DNA of 63,156 nt, counting the filler, from Sphacelaria rigidula (lineage: Eukaryota), in the NCBI GenBank assembly GCA_964200075.2. It is 5 parts of 5 records of this genome, joined end to end, with 100 filler letters (N's around TTAATTAATTAA, not from the genome) between each part and the next. Parts side by side here need not be neighbours in the genome. Positions count along the whole stretch, not along the records: positions 50,609 to 63,156 come from CAXNAA020003644.1; 4 more parts are not named here. The stretch is one strand, 5' to 3'. Shown piece by piece: positions 50,609 through 63,156 of this stretch. Positions within the stretch are counted from its first letter, which is position 1, and each line of letters opens with the position of its first letter. The position numbers were made by a program, and so were the translations under genes. The notes beneath the pieces were generated by a model that was not told the DNA's origin, did not search any database, and saw only the letters and a program-made list of their open reading frames with translations.

Positions 50609-52214
50609 GCCTACTGATTATCGTGCATTTGGATGACAGCCAACAATGAGTTGGTTTATTCTGTGGTATCGCCATTTCCAGAGACAGCCACGGCTTTTAC
50701 ACTGCCTCCGGCTTGGGTTCAGAGGTTGGTTGTAACCGTCATTGCTGCGTTAGTCGGTTTTCGTATGTTTGCTCAGCCCTTCCACGGGCTGATATTTCGA
50801 CCCCCCCGAAACCAGCCTTGCCCATCAACCAAAGGCAGTACACCTCTAACGTTTGTGCAACGTCATGCCGACTATGAGTCGTTGACTTGACTACACTGAA
50901 GGAAGCTCGGAACTCGCAGAGCGAGCAGATCTGTGCTCTGGCGACGATATGGCTAATACCAAAAGTCCAGGGGGCCTCTGTACCGACACAATCTTTGGTA
51001 TGTCATATAGAAATGTCCCCTTTTCCTTCTCACGAAGACGAACACTAAAAAAATATCCTATTTTCAACATGTTGATACACTTCACTCACTCTTTTACATG
51101 GATAACAATGTTGCGTACCTCACATATAAAGACCAGCTCACGGAGAGCATCACGCAGCAGACGGCGCGAGGTTTATTGTTGCGGTAGTCGTGGTCTACTT
51201 TGTCGGGAAGTGGGTGTCCTTGAGCTGGGGGCGAGCTTAAGGTCACTATTTTCAAGCGATTGGAACGCCCGACAGTCTTTCATTGGGTCTTTTCATGCCT
51301 CCCTCTGTCCTCTCGTGGTCATGTACGTTACCTTGGATCATAGGAACTATCACGGACAGTTTGTGATATGCATGAAACTCTTAGGATTTGTACTCGTATG
51401 TGCGAGGGGGTCTGCGAAAATATCCGTATTCAGGCTGAATCTCGTCTTTATGCACAGAGCCAAGACAACTCACGCTGATTCGGTCATCATTTCGACCCGG
51501 ATTTCCGCTCATGCGCCAGCGTAGGCCACCCCACCTAGTACCTCATGCCGCACTGTACGGGATGGGTGATGCTGGTGTGCGGTAGATGTCTTGTAGAACT
51601 CCCAAAGCTCCAGGAAGTGCAGAGTTCACGAAAGCAGGTGTGTGGTCTTTTTTCGTTTTTTAAATGTTTGTGGACAGTGACTCGTTCAAGTCCGGATAAC
51701 GAAGTGCTCTACGCCCCCCCCCCCCCGGCTATGGCATGCATAATCATGAGTACACCCCCCACACTTGGGGGATTTTCGTTGAAGTCGAGCTCTGTGTAGT
51801 CACACTGTGTGCAGTATCATCGTAGTATCATTATCATTGCTTCCGCACACTAGCCCGACATCTCGAACCCTTGCTCACAGACGTAGGCTCGTCTTTCCAA
51901 TACCGACCCGTTATTCCTTACAAGAGCAAGATCTCTCATTTTTTTCTTCTGAGAGTCCAAAAACAAACAAACAAAATAACATCGAGTAAAAAACAAGAGA
52001 AACGCGTTAAGAAAACAGAAGAGAAAACGCCTCCCCCCGAGTCGATCGGGGTGAGGTCAAGAAACAAGCCCGTCGGATGTGCTATTAAAGTATACAGAAG
52101 AGCCAGGGAAATCAAGACAAGAGGGGATTCGAATGGTTACCGAGCGAGGGTCGAATCAACAACCCCGGGTACCCTCAAGGACAAATATCAACGCTGTACG
52201 GAAATAAGGTAAAT

Positions 52215-54295
52215 AGACTAATGCGTGTACTACGCGACGGTCTGCTCGTCACGAATCGCTGGTCTCCGATAGGCACTGAGGGAACTCGAGGGACACAGCA
52301 ACCAAGTCCTTTGCATGGCATACTTTCGCCCAGGCTGTCATGTACATGTTAGTCCCCTCCCCTACGATTCGGTATAAATCATACACATCTTGGGCGGCCT
52401 GCGTCCACGATGTCGTGTTCATTCCGAAGTCGGAGCAGTATTCCGTGACGCTGTGTGGTAGGTATCTTTTTGGTCAGCCTGCCTTTGTCTTCCCTCCGAC
52501 CATCGCTCCACGCATGACGAGGTGATCGCCGTGTATGCGCATGAGGTGGCGGGCGTGTGGGAAGATTCGCCTTATGAAGGTAGCTGCGATGCAATCGAAG
52601 CCGCGTCGTTTTAGGACCTCGTGGTGTGGCGGTGTGTGCCTGTGTAGAGCGCCGCAGCTTGAGTATGCTAGTCGAGGTACAGCAGCAGGAATCCACGGTG
52701 GACACCCCGTAACGCGCCGAGTATGTCGTGCGCTATCATCCAGATCACACAGCCGTATGACACTACCTCGATCTCTTCTGTCTTCGGGAGACGAACCTCG
52801 GTGACCACGGCGATAGGCGGGTTCTTGTATACTGCTCTGCTATACTTGTAGAAGCACGCTCAGGCCTGGCCAATGCGGCTGTGGATCTTAGGAATAACAT
52901 CGCCAATGGTGCTGATTTGCGACCGAGATAGACGAAAGGTTCACGTTGCTTGTACCTTCGGCTCGCCGCCTCCAACTCGACCACATCCGCCTTCATGTTT
53001 GGGGAGCGCATGTGCACGGTGGCCGTCTTCTTTCCCGCCACGAGAGTGATGCTACGGTAGGGGTTGCACCTTTTAAGCTCAAAGGGTTCTCGGGGCTGCT
53101 CGGGGTGCTGGACGGGCCATTTGGTGAATCGGTATCATTTATACTTGAAAAATACTGAAAATGATATCGATCCACGAAAAGGCCCCTGCGTGCAAACACC
53201 ATCTTTCTGGAAGTCCGGTCCCCAGAGGGTTAGGGTATCACAGTAAGCCCCATATACTTGTACTCCTACAGGAAGGAGAGCCCCAGAAGCAATATGTGCA
53301 ACCCCTACCGTAGCGTTGCTCACGACCAGAGGGACTGCCGTCATCATTTTTCCTAGGCTTGGCTGAGATCGCGAGACAATGCCAACGTCGTCGGCGTATA
53401 GCATGGCCCAAAGCACTTTGCTACGATCGTCACTGATCTTCCCGCCCCTTTCAGCGATGCGAGTGAAGTCCTTGGCCATCGCGTTTGTGATCGAGAAGCG
53501 GTTGAATGTCACCGTCAGCACCACCGCGAAGATGCTGAACAAATCAGGGGTTAGCACACAGCCGTGGCGGGGTGTATTGGTTGAGGTCATACCACTGAGA
53601 CGGCTCGCCGTTATCAAGGCCTACGCATGCACGTATGCCTTCGTGGAACTGGCGCATAGTGGATATCATCTTGGCGGGGATGTCGTGTCGTCCTGGCGCC
53701 TTCCAGAGCAGAGGGCGGTCGACTGAGTCGTATGCCTCGTGAGGGTCGATTAAACACGTGAGCAGTGGGAGATTCTTCTCTTTGCTCAATTCTTGGAACT
53801 TGCGCACAACGTACATCATTTCGACTGTCGACGGGCCGGGTCGGAAGCCGCATTAAACTTCTGGAAGGATTGCCTTCCACTCGCAGTAGGCGCTGGGGCT
53901 AGTGATCACTATCTTGAGAGACACTTTGCCCGCGTCGGACCCCGGTGAAATACCGCCGTAGTTGCCGCATTCGTGCGGGTCCTGTTTCCTGAAAAGCACC
54001 TTGATGATGATGTCTTTCCATTGCTAGGGTGCTCCTCTCTCCGACACCACACTGTGGGCACTATGTTGTGGAGGCCCCTTCAGGATGGCAGAGTCCTCGG
54101 TGCGGCCGAGCTTCAGTAGTTCGGCACAAATGTTGTCAGCCCCAACAACCTTCCCGTTCATCAGCTTGCCCACTGCTTCCCTCACTTCTTCCATCGAGGG
54201 CTCGGCAGCGAGTGGTGCGTGTTCCGACAGTTGTTCGATGAGATCGATGACAGAGTGATCACTCGTAGACGAGGTTGCGTTCAGAAGCGTTTCAA
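52215..54295 (-). mobile_element. Decayed, 5'-truncated RTE-clade LINE (reverse transcriptase)
   Basis: Motifs [77 protein letters not shown] and FVYLG; frameshifts and stops. Confidence 0.9.
53044..53321. mobile_element. Sola2-like MITE inserted in the LINE RT, with perfect 4-bp TSD ACGA
   Basis: ACGA|GAGTGATGCTACGGTAGGGGTTGCA ... TGCAACCCCTACCGTAGCGTTGCTC|ACGA. Confidence 0.88.
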
Positions 54296-55917
54296 GCCAC
54301 TTCTTCCAACCGTGGTAGGATAGCCTGCTTGTCATACGACGGCAAATACCACTGTACGAAGCCCACTCCATGTTCCGTGGCATGAGTGGCGGTGCCATGG
54401 CGATGATTCAGGCCTGAAAGACTTTTGAGAGCCCATACGACGGCGCACCCGAAGAACGAAGCAGCAAAACCATGAAGTCTTCCGTAAATCATTGCTTCAT
54501 TCGCGGACCGTGGGAAGTCTACTGCTGTGTACGTCAATGGGCCCTGGGTCATGAGAAAAATCAGATCCTGATCTAGAGCGGGCTCTGTACGCATCTTTCA
54601 CAACTTGTCACAGTATTGTGCTATACTGTGCACCATCTACGGTCTGCATATCCGTATATAAGGTCAACGTCGAATGATCATGATCTTTATGCTTTATTCA
54701 TAGACGGTGGTGACGGAAACCGGCCAATATGTCGGTCTGAATCACCGCTATGATCAATTTCGTATCGGTCCGATGTATAGCGTATTGGTCTCATATATCA
54801 GTGTTTATCGGTGCCGATTCACAGACCGACAAACCGACCATAACCCATCTAGCCTGAGTGAGGGAGGTCGCAATCAAAGCCTGAGAGTTATCAGTCAGAA
54901 GCTTCTCTTGTTGCAGGGTGGTCCCAAGTGCTCCGTATGAATCCCTTTTGGAACTTGCGAAAAACAGGACAAACTCCCCAATGCGAGCTTTCGTCACGGG
55001 GAAAACATTACTTCGAGTTCGGTGCACGAATCTGTCACATTAGAATACTTGGAATTGGAGTGGTGCACAGTTTTGGCGGGCTGCACCATCAACACTTGCA
55101 GAAGAACAACCATGTCTTGACCAAGAGAACGTGAATTGTAAATCGTCATTTTTCCATCAACGGTTCCACAAGGGTCAAGGACCCACCCATTACCGACCTG
55201 TCACCGACCTACCTGGCTTGAACTTGCCACCACAGCGCGTCATGACGTTGCCCAGAGGCGTGCTACTTGCTACCGTGTTTTCTGTAGTTTTCGAATGCCT
55301 TATTTCGAACCTTTCAAGGCAAAGTACAAGAAAGGGCTTGAACACCGACAACCGCTACGTTCACGGCACGGGAGACACTGCTGCACCCCGGGCGCCTGCC
55401 CACTTCCGCGCCGTTTCTTGAATTCCCCATGTGCCATCCCCCCCTCACCGGAACTGTATGTTCACGCGGCAGAACATCGTACACGTGAATGAGCTGCGAG
55501 CAAGGGAAAAATAAATTTTCGGTCTTTCCCTGGCGGGACGGGAGGGAAGGAGACGGCACAGCTAGTGAAGTGCTGACTTATGATCATCCCTATGTGCGCA
55601 CTACCACAAGGATCGGTGTGACATGATGCCGCTGCTATTCTCGCTTGATGGCGACGAAGGGCCGGAGCATCACGCATTCGGCCTACCAACATGTGGTAGT
55701 ATTGAGAGGCGTGGTGTATGATGGCACACGACATAACAGGAAGTGGGCACACGCTCTTTTCTCGGCAGGTGGTGTATCATTTTGAGTGCGTGCATGTCGA
55801 AAGCGAAACATTTTGAAGGGCACGACTCGCTGCGCCGCGGTCGGATATTTTTATTGGGTACTATTCTAAGGATTTTTGCTGTTGTACAGTTAGTTCATGA
55901 GGCAGGTGGGCAAGGAG

Positions 55918-55992
55918 TGGATTGTTCTGAATAGCTTGGTAGTGGCTTGTTCTAAATAGCTTGGTCGTGGATTGTTCTGAATAACTTGGTAG
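55918..55992 (+). repeat. 25-bp tandem repeat, three copies
   Basis: GTGGATTGTTCTGAATAGCTTGGTA units. Confidence 0.85.
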
Positions 55993-56614
55993 ATCAAATG
56001 CAATCTGCGAGCTTGTCCAAGTGTCATACATGAGATGATACTTGCTGCAGCAGCGAGCGATATGCGCATGGCAAGGAGACTCGCATAAGCAAGTGTGAAA
56101 ATATCAGGGGTGATGCTGGAACAGATGACCTCCGACGGACGAATGATCTAGTAGGCGAACAGGCGGAATCGAAGAGAACTGGTTGCTCTCGTCCGCACCC
56201 ATTAGTAGGTCCATGACTTCCCATGTGCTTTAAGCTGCAAGCGTCGCAAGCGCCAAAAACAACCAGATTCCGCACAGCGTGTAGGAGCTGACAAGGTAAT
56301 GTAGAGTCGACTTCTGCAACGACATCAGTACTTGGCGTTGATATGTTAATTATGCGTGAGATGCTGTGCACGAAGAAGTCGAGCAAAGAAGTGCATGCTA
56401 AGTCGCGCGGGTATACAGTACAGTACAAACAGTACTGGGATTCGAGGACCCAACAAGGTCCCAAAAACGTGAAAACAGTTATAGCCGTATCTCATCAAAG
56501 TTCGTCGGTAGCACCGCTTGGTTGTACTTGAAGGGTCGATCTTAAGGTTAAAAGCGCAGAACAAAGTTGAACGCTCAGGTGAAGGTTTAGGCCAAAAGTT
56601 AAACTATCAACTTC

Positions 56615-58930
56615 CAAGGTTGTGCTCTGCAGGTTTTTCAAGTATTACTCGTACCCAACAGCTCTGTGACTTCTGAAGGGCTTTCGTTGCCCTGCCCGAT
56701 AATTCTGTGAGTATTGTGAGTTCCCCATACCCTCAAGTGGGGCACGGGTGTAACGCGTGTTAGGACCGCGTGCGTTTCGAATCGCATCGGAATTCGAACA
56801 CCCCAGGATCGACGTGTAGGGAGGACCACACGGACCTCACGAATGCAGGAACCGTACCCTGAACAAACCTGGGCCCCACATATATCAAGCGAGGGGTCGC
56901 AAAGCCAGGCGAGGTGACTGGGGCGATACAACGACGACGCAGTGTGTCTCGAAAGGGAGGAGAGGGAGGATTTCAAATCTGTAATATCCAAACACCCGCA
57001 TCTCGCATGGATATTGTGGTGGGAAAGAGTTGTCACCAGTGAATTATGGGGAGGTGTCGGCGCCTACCACGTCGTCATCACCGCATTGGCGATCTGATGC
57101 TCGGTACTTGAAGTTACAAGATGACGAGACGATCTATCTGCTCGGTACTGACTGGTAACAGATGCCGAAACGACCCTCCTGCTCCGTTCTTACAGGTACC
57201 AGAAACCGAGACGCCCCATCTTCTCGGTGATTGCAGGTACTGAGATATGGTTTGCATACGGTCCACGTGTTCATTCATGTCAGTTACAAGGTGAACACGC
57301 GAGTAACATGTTCACGACAGCCCTCCTCCTCCCCCCGACCGGTGGCTGGTTTGGCGAGGCAAAATTTCCACGCAAATCGAAATGAAAGAAGCCGAGGAAG
57401 CCGAGAAGTTGGAAAGTTACATGCTTGGGTTCGTTTCCCCAGATGCTGCCCATATGAGGCGCTTCATGTAGCCTGAAATCAAACGTCAGGCGCTGTGTGC
57501 CCATAGAATCGTGACAGTAAACACTTTCTACGATAGCTCCCCCCCAAAAAACCCAGCAAAAAGTGTCATGAAAACAATGGCCATACAGCGCCTGTTCGGG
57601 TTCAGGCTGCATGAAGCGCCTCATATTGGCGACATTGGCTAGAACGAACCCAAGCGGGGGAGTTCCCAGCTTCCCGTTGTGCTCGGCTTTTCCCATTACG
57701 ATTTACGTGACGATTTTGCCTCCCAAAACCATGCACTTTTTTGGGGGGGATATCGTAGAAAGTGTCAGTTTTGGGCTGTTTTTGGGGGGGGTATCGTAGA
57801 AAGACCCAAGTTAAGACCACACGCCTTGCTTGTTTTCTCCACGGAGCTGACATCGCATTCACGTAATCTTGGCTTGTGTGCTTACCTTGAAGGCGCTCTC
57901 AATGGCAAAGTGGATCGCATCCAAACCACACCTCAGTGCCTGTAAGCACCGAGCGGACAAGTCGTCTCGGTATCTGGTACATGTAAGTACGAAGCAGAAG
58001 GGTCGTTTCGGCATCTGTCACCTGTTGGTACCGAGCAGGTGGGTCGTCTCGGCATATTTTACCTTCAAGTACCGAGCATCACTTCGTCGATGCGGTCACG
58101 ACAACGTGCTAGGCGCCGACACCTCCCCAAAATACACTGGTGACTCTTTCCCACCACAATTCACCACGAGAGTGACTCCCACTCGAGGTTGCCGAAATTC
58201 AACAGTATCGAACTCCTCACTCTCGTACATTTCGAGGCACACTGCGTCGTCGTCGTCGCTTCAGTCAACTTGCCTGGCTTCACTACCCCTCAGGCTCGGG
58301 TGATACTTGCGGGGCCCAGGGTTGCTCGGGGCGCGGTTGATGCATTCATGAGGTCCGTGCGGTCCTCCGGACACGTCGGGTATTTTTCACGATAGCCCCT
58401 CCCCCCAAAACCGTGCCTGGTGTGGGAGGCAAAATCGTCACGTAAATCGAAATGAAAAATGCCGAGCACAACGAGCAGCTGGGAATTCCCAAGCTTGCGT
58501 TCGTTCTCGCCATTGTCGCCCACATGAGGCGCTTCATGCAGCCTGAACCCAACCATCAGGCGCGGTATGTCCTATTGTTTCGTGACATTTCTTGATTGCT
58601 TTTTGGGGGGGGGGGGGGCTATCGTAGAAAGTGTTGTCGGTTCTAGGATGCTCAGACTCCGAAACGGGCCACAACGCACGCGGTCCTTAAGGTTAAACAC
58701 GGGCATGTCCTCATTGACATACCCGGTTATGGGTACGGTTGTATGAGCCTATACCCTGCCCGACAGCTTTTGTAACTTCGCCTTTCATACCGGTACCCGA
58801 CAATTCTGTAAAATTCTGTAAGCTTTCATACCCCTACCTGGAGTTAGGTTACACCTTCATGAAAATACCCGGTAGAGGTACGAGCACAGCTGTGTACCCC
58901 GGAAATTATAGGTATAGGTTCACAATCTTG
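56615..58930 (-). mobile_element. hAT-like non-autonomous element (family of 26584-27154), split by a nested insertion
   Basis: CAAGGTTGTG ... CACAATCTTG termini. The internal repeats at 56640-56750 and 58720-58830 are reverse complements of those in 26584-27154. Confidence 0.55.
56754..58692. mobile_element. piggyBac-like foldback non-autonomous element with long internal inverted modules
   Basis: GTAA|..TAGGACCGCGTGCGTT ... AACGCACGCGGTCCTTAAGG|TTAA. 56822-57120 is inverted relative to 58060-58370; the 57350-57570 module is inverted at 57570-57780 and direct at 58420-58635. Confidence 0.65.
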
Positions 58931-58985
58931 ACACAACCTGATGATCTAAACTTGCACCCCAAACTCACATAAATCAATCCCCCCT

Positions 58986-59675
58986 TGTTCACTCAGCATC
59001 ACGTACTCGCAAAAAAACAAATTCATGGCTGCCATCCACGGACGGGTTACGGAGTACAGTTGAATGGAAGCACGAACCACGAGCAGCAATCCAGGCCGTC
59101 AGGAAGGATCATCCCCAGATTCGAGTGGTGACTCGAGTGGAAGCGGTTCATCTACGCCACCGGGGGGATCAAGTAGCAGGGTGCAGGTCATAGAAGTTGA
59201 TAGAGAGAAACCGCTCTGATGCGGGGGTAATCGTCCACACAACTCAAGTATGCGGGAACAAAAGTCAGTAGCCTGGTTCACGGCAAAGAAAGATAGTATA
59301 TAGCGCTTTGTGTTATTCCTGGTCAAATACTCTCTCAGTTTCTCTCAATCAATATCACTCTGTCACACGATAACCCACACGCAATCTCTCTCACTCAACA
59401 CCTCACACATGCACCCACCACACACACTTATGCAAACCCTCAGAGCAAGTCACGTTGACAGCGGCACCAAACCAGACTGACAGACGGTGGGCGGTGGGCA
59501 GCTTGGTTGTCTGTGCGGCAAGTGTATTGAACTCTCGCATAACCTACGTCGTTAGACACTATTTCTTTGATTGGTCATGACAATACTCCGCATTCCCAAC
59601 ATGGTTGATGCTATTTGTATTGCACGGTATCTTGTATCATCCTCGTTCATGACTGAGGGTGAGGATATTCGATCA
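58986..59675 (-). repeat. Putative 3' LTR (~690 bp) preceded by a polypurine tract
   Basis: Minus strand reads AAGCAGGGGGGC|TGATCGAAT ... GAGTGAACA (TG...CA with short inverted repeat). Confidence 0.5.
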
Positions 59676-60124
59676 GCCCCCCTGCTTACGACTCAGTTGT
59701 GACCCAAAGACCTATACTGTCGAGAACTGGAAAAGAAAAATACCGATCTGGCACAAAAGATAATATCTCGAGCCCATGCTCAAACTCCACAAATATATCA
59801 TATAAACCCCCCAGCCTGCCCAGAAATTTGAACCTCCTGTATTTTACACTCCCCTACTTCTGTATCACACTCCCCTTCGCAAAATCTATTCCATGTAAAT
59901 CTCAAGTCGAAAAGGGTTCACATCATCAAATCCCTCGACCCCCCGACTTTCGTGGCCATGGCGCTTCTTTGAAAACATTTGCATCCACTCCAAAAACTAA
60001 ACGCAGACGAAGAAATAAACCAAGCTACGTTAGCATTCCGGTGATACTAAAAACTGAGGTCAATACGATCAAACTCGAACTGAACTATGGTCGAATATGC
60101 GATACACTTCAAAAGGATCTGGCT

Positions 60125-60374
60125 GAGTGATGCTATGGTAGGGGTACAGAAATAATTTCTGAGGTTAGAATTGTGAGGAGCCCCTTATCTCATCCCAAAC
60201 ACGACTTATAAAAATATGCAAGAGTACGCCAGGATTACTATTCCAATGTACTGGGGATATACCGAATAAATCTGCAAACGGGGATGCCCTGGCTCATATT
60301 CTTGTGCGTCTAGAATCGTTAGGAGCCCCTGGACCAGACAACATTTCGCGAAAAAAGTGCACCCCTACCGTAGC
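60125..60374. mobile_element. Sola2-like MITE, right terminus truncated
   Basis: GAGTGATGCTATGGTAGGGG ... GTGCACCCCTACCGTAGC. Confidence 0.72.
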
Positions 60375-61414
60375 CAGTTTTCTACGCAAAATGAACCTCG
60401 ACAAATCGTAAAATTTTCCAGAAGCACGCCAATAATTAACCACTGCAAGTCTGATGTCTTATAAAACAAATCACCACCGTCAGCCAGTAGTCGCATAAAT
60501 GCATCCTCATTCATAGCCCATAGGTCCAAAACCTAATTCAGAACAAACGTCATGCAATGTATAAACCTGTTGATAAGCTGGGGCTGTCAACATCTATCTC
60601 CGGCCTCTGCATTACTCCTCTGGTCGACAGCCTCGAATCCATCTCCGTGCTCCATTCAGATTAATTTGCTTCTCCGTATTTCCATGCTATTCTAGTGCCC
60701 TCTCTGCTTCCTTGGCTGTCTGCACTCGACCACATGGGGATCCCTACGCGCCCCCTGCTCAATTTGACCGGCACCGCGCCATGCGTGAGAAGATGTTCGC
60801 CGACAGAGTCGGGGGAAGCGGCAGCGGCAGCGGTGGTTGTTATGCTGTTGGCGGTGTTGTTGGCAGGGTCGGCGACAATGGTATCGGTTGCGGAATCGCC
60901 TGGGGTGGTATTGAAGACGGTGTCGACGGCGACGGCGATATTGTCGACACAGTAGGTGGTGACAGCGGTGACTGTGGTGTTGTCGGCGATGATGAAGGGA
61001 CTGGGAAGGAAGAAGGTTGTCGCGTGTGATGCTACCACGGGACTGGGAAGGTAGAAGGTGGTCTTGGGTAGTGCGACCGCGGGACTGTTGGAGCGGGAAT
61101 AAACAGTGTAGTGGCGGTGGTGGGTAGTGACCACGGTGATGCAGCAACGGGGAGAGGTGACGGTAGTGTCGGTGTGTCGGCGGCGTTAGCGGCGCGATGA
61201 GTGTTGCTTCCTCCCCCCGCCGTCGAGCGACGCCGTTGTGGGAAATGGCTGACGAGGGACCATCCACGCGACGCTGTTGGCGATGTCCATTTTCGTTGTG
61301 GTTGGCTGTTCGTGGAGGGTCGTTGGTTGGATGCCAGCACCATGTCCTTTCTCTCCCCCTCACTCGAATCCACAACACGTAAAAGCCGGATACAAGAATA
61401 TTAGCGGAAGTTAT

Positions 61415-61900
61415 GGTCGACACTCACACACTGTGGAGTAGAGGCGAAATTCGGGGGGATCTTATTAACACTCGCTCGCTGTGGAATGGGAGCAGTATCA
61501 GAGGGAATCGTACTGTCACTAACTTGCTGTCGAGCAGAAGCAAAATTGGGGGGAATCTTACCGACACAAACTCGCTGCGGAACAGAAGCAGAATCTGGGG
61601 GAATCTCACTGAGACTCACTTGTTGTGGGGCAGAAGTGGAATCTGGGGGAATTTTATCGGCACGCACTCGCTGTGGAGCAGAAGCAGAATGTGGGGGAAT
61701 CTGACTGACACTCACTCGCTGTAGAGCAGAAGTAGAATCTGGGGGAATCTTACTGACACACTTCCCTATGGAATGGAAGCAGAGTCTGAGGGAATCTTAC
61801 TGACACCCACTCGCTGTGGAGCACAGGTAGAGTCTGAGAGAATCTTACTGACATTTGCTCGCTGTGGGATGGATGCAGAATCAGTATCACTCTTAGTGTC
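61415..61900 (-). repeat. 48-bp minisatellite (about 10 units) encoding 16-aa repeats IPPDSASAPQRVSVSK
   Basis: Period measured between GAATCTGGGG at 61591 and 61639; ORF 61401..61715 shows the peptide repeats. Confidence 0.88.
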
Positions 61901-61959
61901 GACAACAGGAGTGACCAATGGAATCTGCCCGCAGGTCGATGGCAGGCGTGTGGCAAATT

Positions 61960-62450
61960 GTGATGAGAAATGCACATTGTGGTCGACACGTAGCTTGCCG
62001 TCGAGCAGGTGTACACCTTTTTCATTGCAGACTATTCGGTGGCTCTTTTGCCCCCGGTGAACAGAAAACAGGCTAAGCTGTATCCGTTACAATACATACA
62101 CGTCCGTGAGCAGTACACTTGTTTCTTCAGTAACTGGGGAGTTGTCGTCACATGATTCATGAAGTCTCAACTTGAGACTCCCGACTGCTTTGACGGGTAG
62201 CACTTTACCATTCCCTAAAACAACATTTTCTTTCCCCACTGCGGGAGGACGAGTATCGAAAACGTCGGTCATGTTTCCTGTGGTGTGGTGCGATGTACCC
62301 GTGTCTGCAATCCAAAGTTATGAATCAAGAACAGGCGGAGATTTCGTCTGATGCAAAATCACATCCTTAACATCGAAATTACCCAAACTAAAAGCTGACT
62401 CTCCTGTGGAGGCAGAAAGCGCCATGTACATGTTAGGGCTCAACATGAGC
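61960..62450 (-). mobile_element. Ty1/Copia protease-region remnant
   Basis: LWIADTGTSHHTTG...VVLGNGKVLPVKAVGSLKL...LTDVYVL*RIQLSLFSV is a typical Copia protease signature; stops present. Confidence 0.8.
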
Positions 62451-63156
62451 ACGCGGGGTCTAATTGCTTTTCCCTACACCTCTTCCCCTTGATTGTTCGA
62501 CGGTATCTTCGCATGTTTAGCCGGACCCGAGGCGACCACCTTCCCTCAGGTCTTGAGAGTCGTTTTAATTGGGTGGATGTAGTTGAGAAAAATCAATAAT
62601 AGTTGTCATACCTGTTGCGAACTTCGGTCGGGAGTAAGTACGGTAGAGCAACGAAAGCTAGCTATGATCGGGTCTGCCTGCCGTACTTCCGACAGCGTTG
62701 CGTGGAAGCCACAAGATCTTTGCTGCCGGTGGTTGATGGCGTGGGTCTCAAATGCAACGACAAGTGCTTGATCGTGGAGTACTCTCGTCCCAGCTTGTAA
62801 TGCATGATCTCACGTCGGAATAATTCTGGTAACCTACTCGTACTGTACCGAGGTGTTCACGCGACCAGCGTGTGCTCCAGATTGCAGCATGGACGGACTC
62901 CTATGCACCACACTAGCAACAGTTAGGTCACCACGATAGGTATATTTTTTCACTCCGCATGTCAAATAGGTCTCTACAAATGTTTGATCTCCCATACGTC
63001 CCCCTCAACTGGCGTGTGGCACGCTGTTCTCGTCGGGCACCCAGAGGATCAGATGTGAGTAAAATCAACGATGAATAACACTCCCGAAGTTCAAATTGAA
63101 TTTATTTGTTATGGCCGCACCACCATCCTTGCTGGCATGTGTGTGACAGAGAACAG

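Noticed and set aside
63100-63125. Copia-type PBS (GTTATGG..)
   Set aside because: The match is poor and its orientation is opposite to the Copia remnant.

Overview
Eukaryotic, repeat-rich DNA, most likely from a brown alga (Phaeophyceae). This is inferred from the EsV-1-7 repeat protein, the long GT-AG introns and the transposable-element types. The window is not one locus. It is five independent contigs (1-12553, 12654-25205, 25306-37857, 37958-50508, 50609-63156; lengths 12553, 12552, 12552, 12551, 12548, i.e. size-sorted) joined by artificial N44-TTAATTAATTAA-N44 linkers. Contig 1 carries the 5' part of a large minus-strand spliced gene (more than 1800 aa). It has six EsV-1-7 cysteine repeats, and splicing also assembles a zinc finger with the exact Cys/His spacing of the plant SHI/STY/LRP1 finger; this is the most interesting observation. 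Contig 2 carries six exons of a plus-strand RING/IBR (RBR-like) protein whose IBR-like finger appears split by a ~170 aa insertion, followed by a decayed MULE transposase. Contig 3 holds decayed transposon relics. Contig 4 is mostly a decayed Ty3/Gypsy element with a ~2 kb LTR. Contig 5 holds an RTE-type LINE, nested non-autonomous DNA elements and a Copia derivative with a 48-bp coding minisatellite. Many MITEs (Sola2-like, Tc1/mariner-like, piggyBac-like, hAT-like) and one tRNA-derived SINE are present. All alignments and spliced translations were made by eye; no database searches were run.
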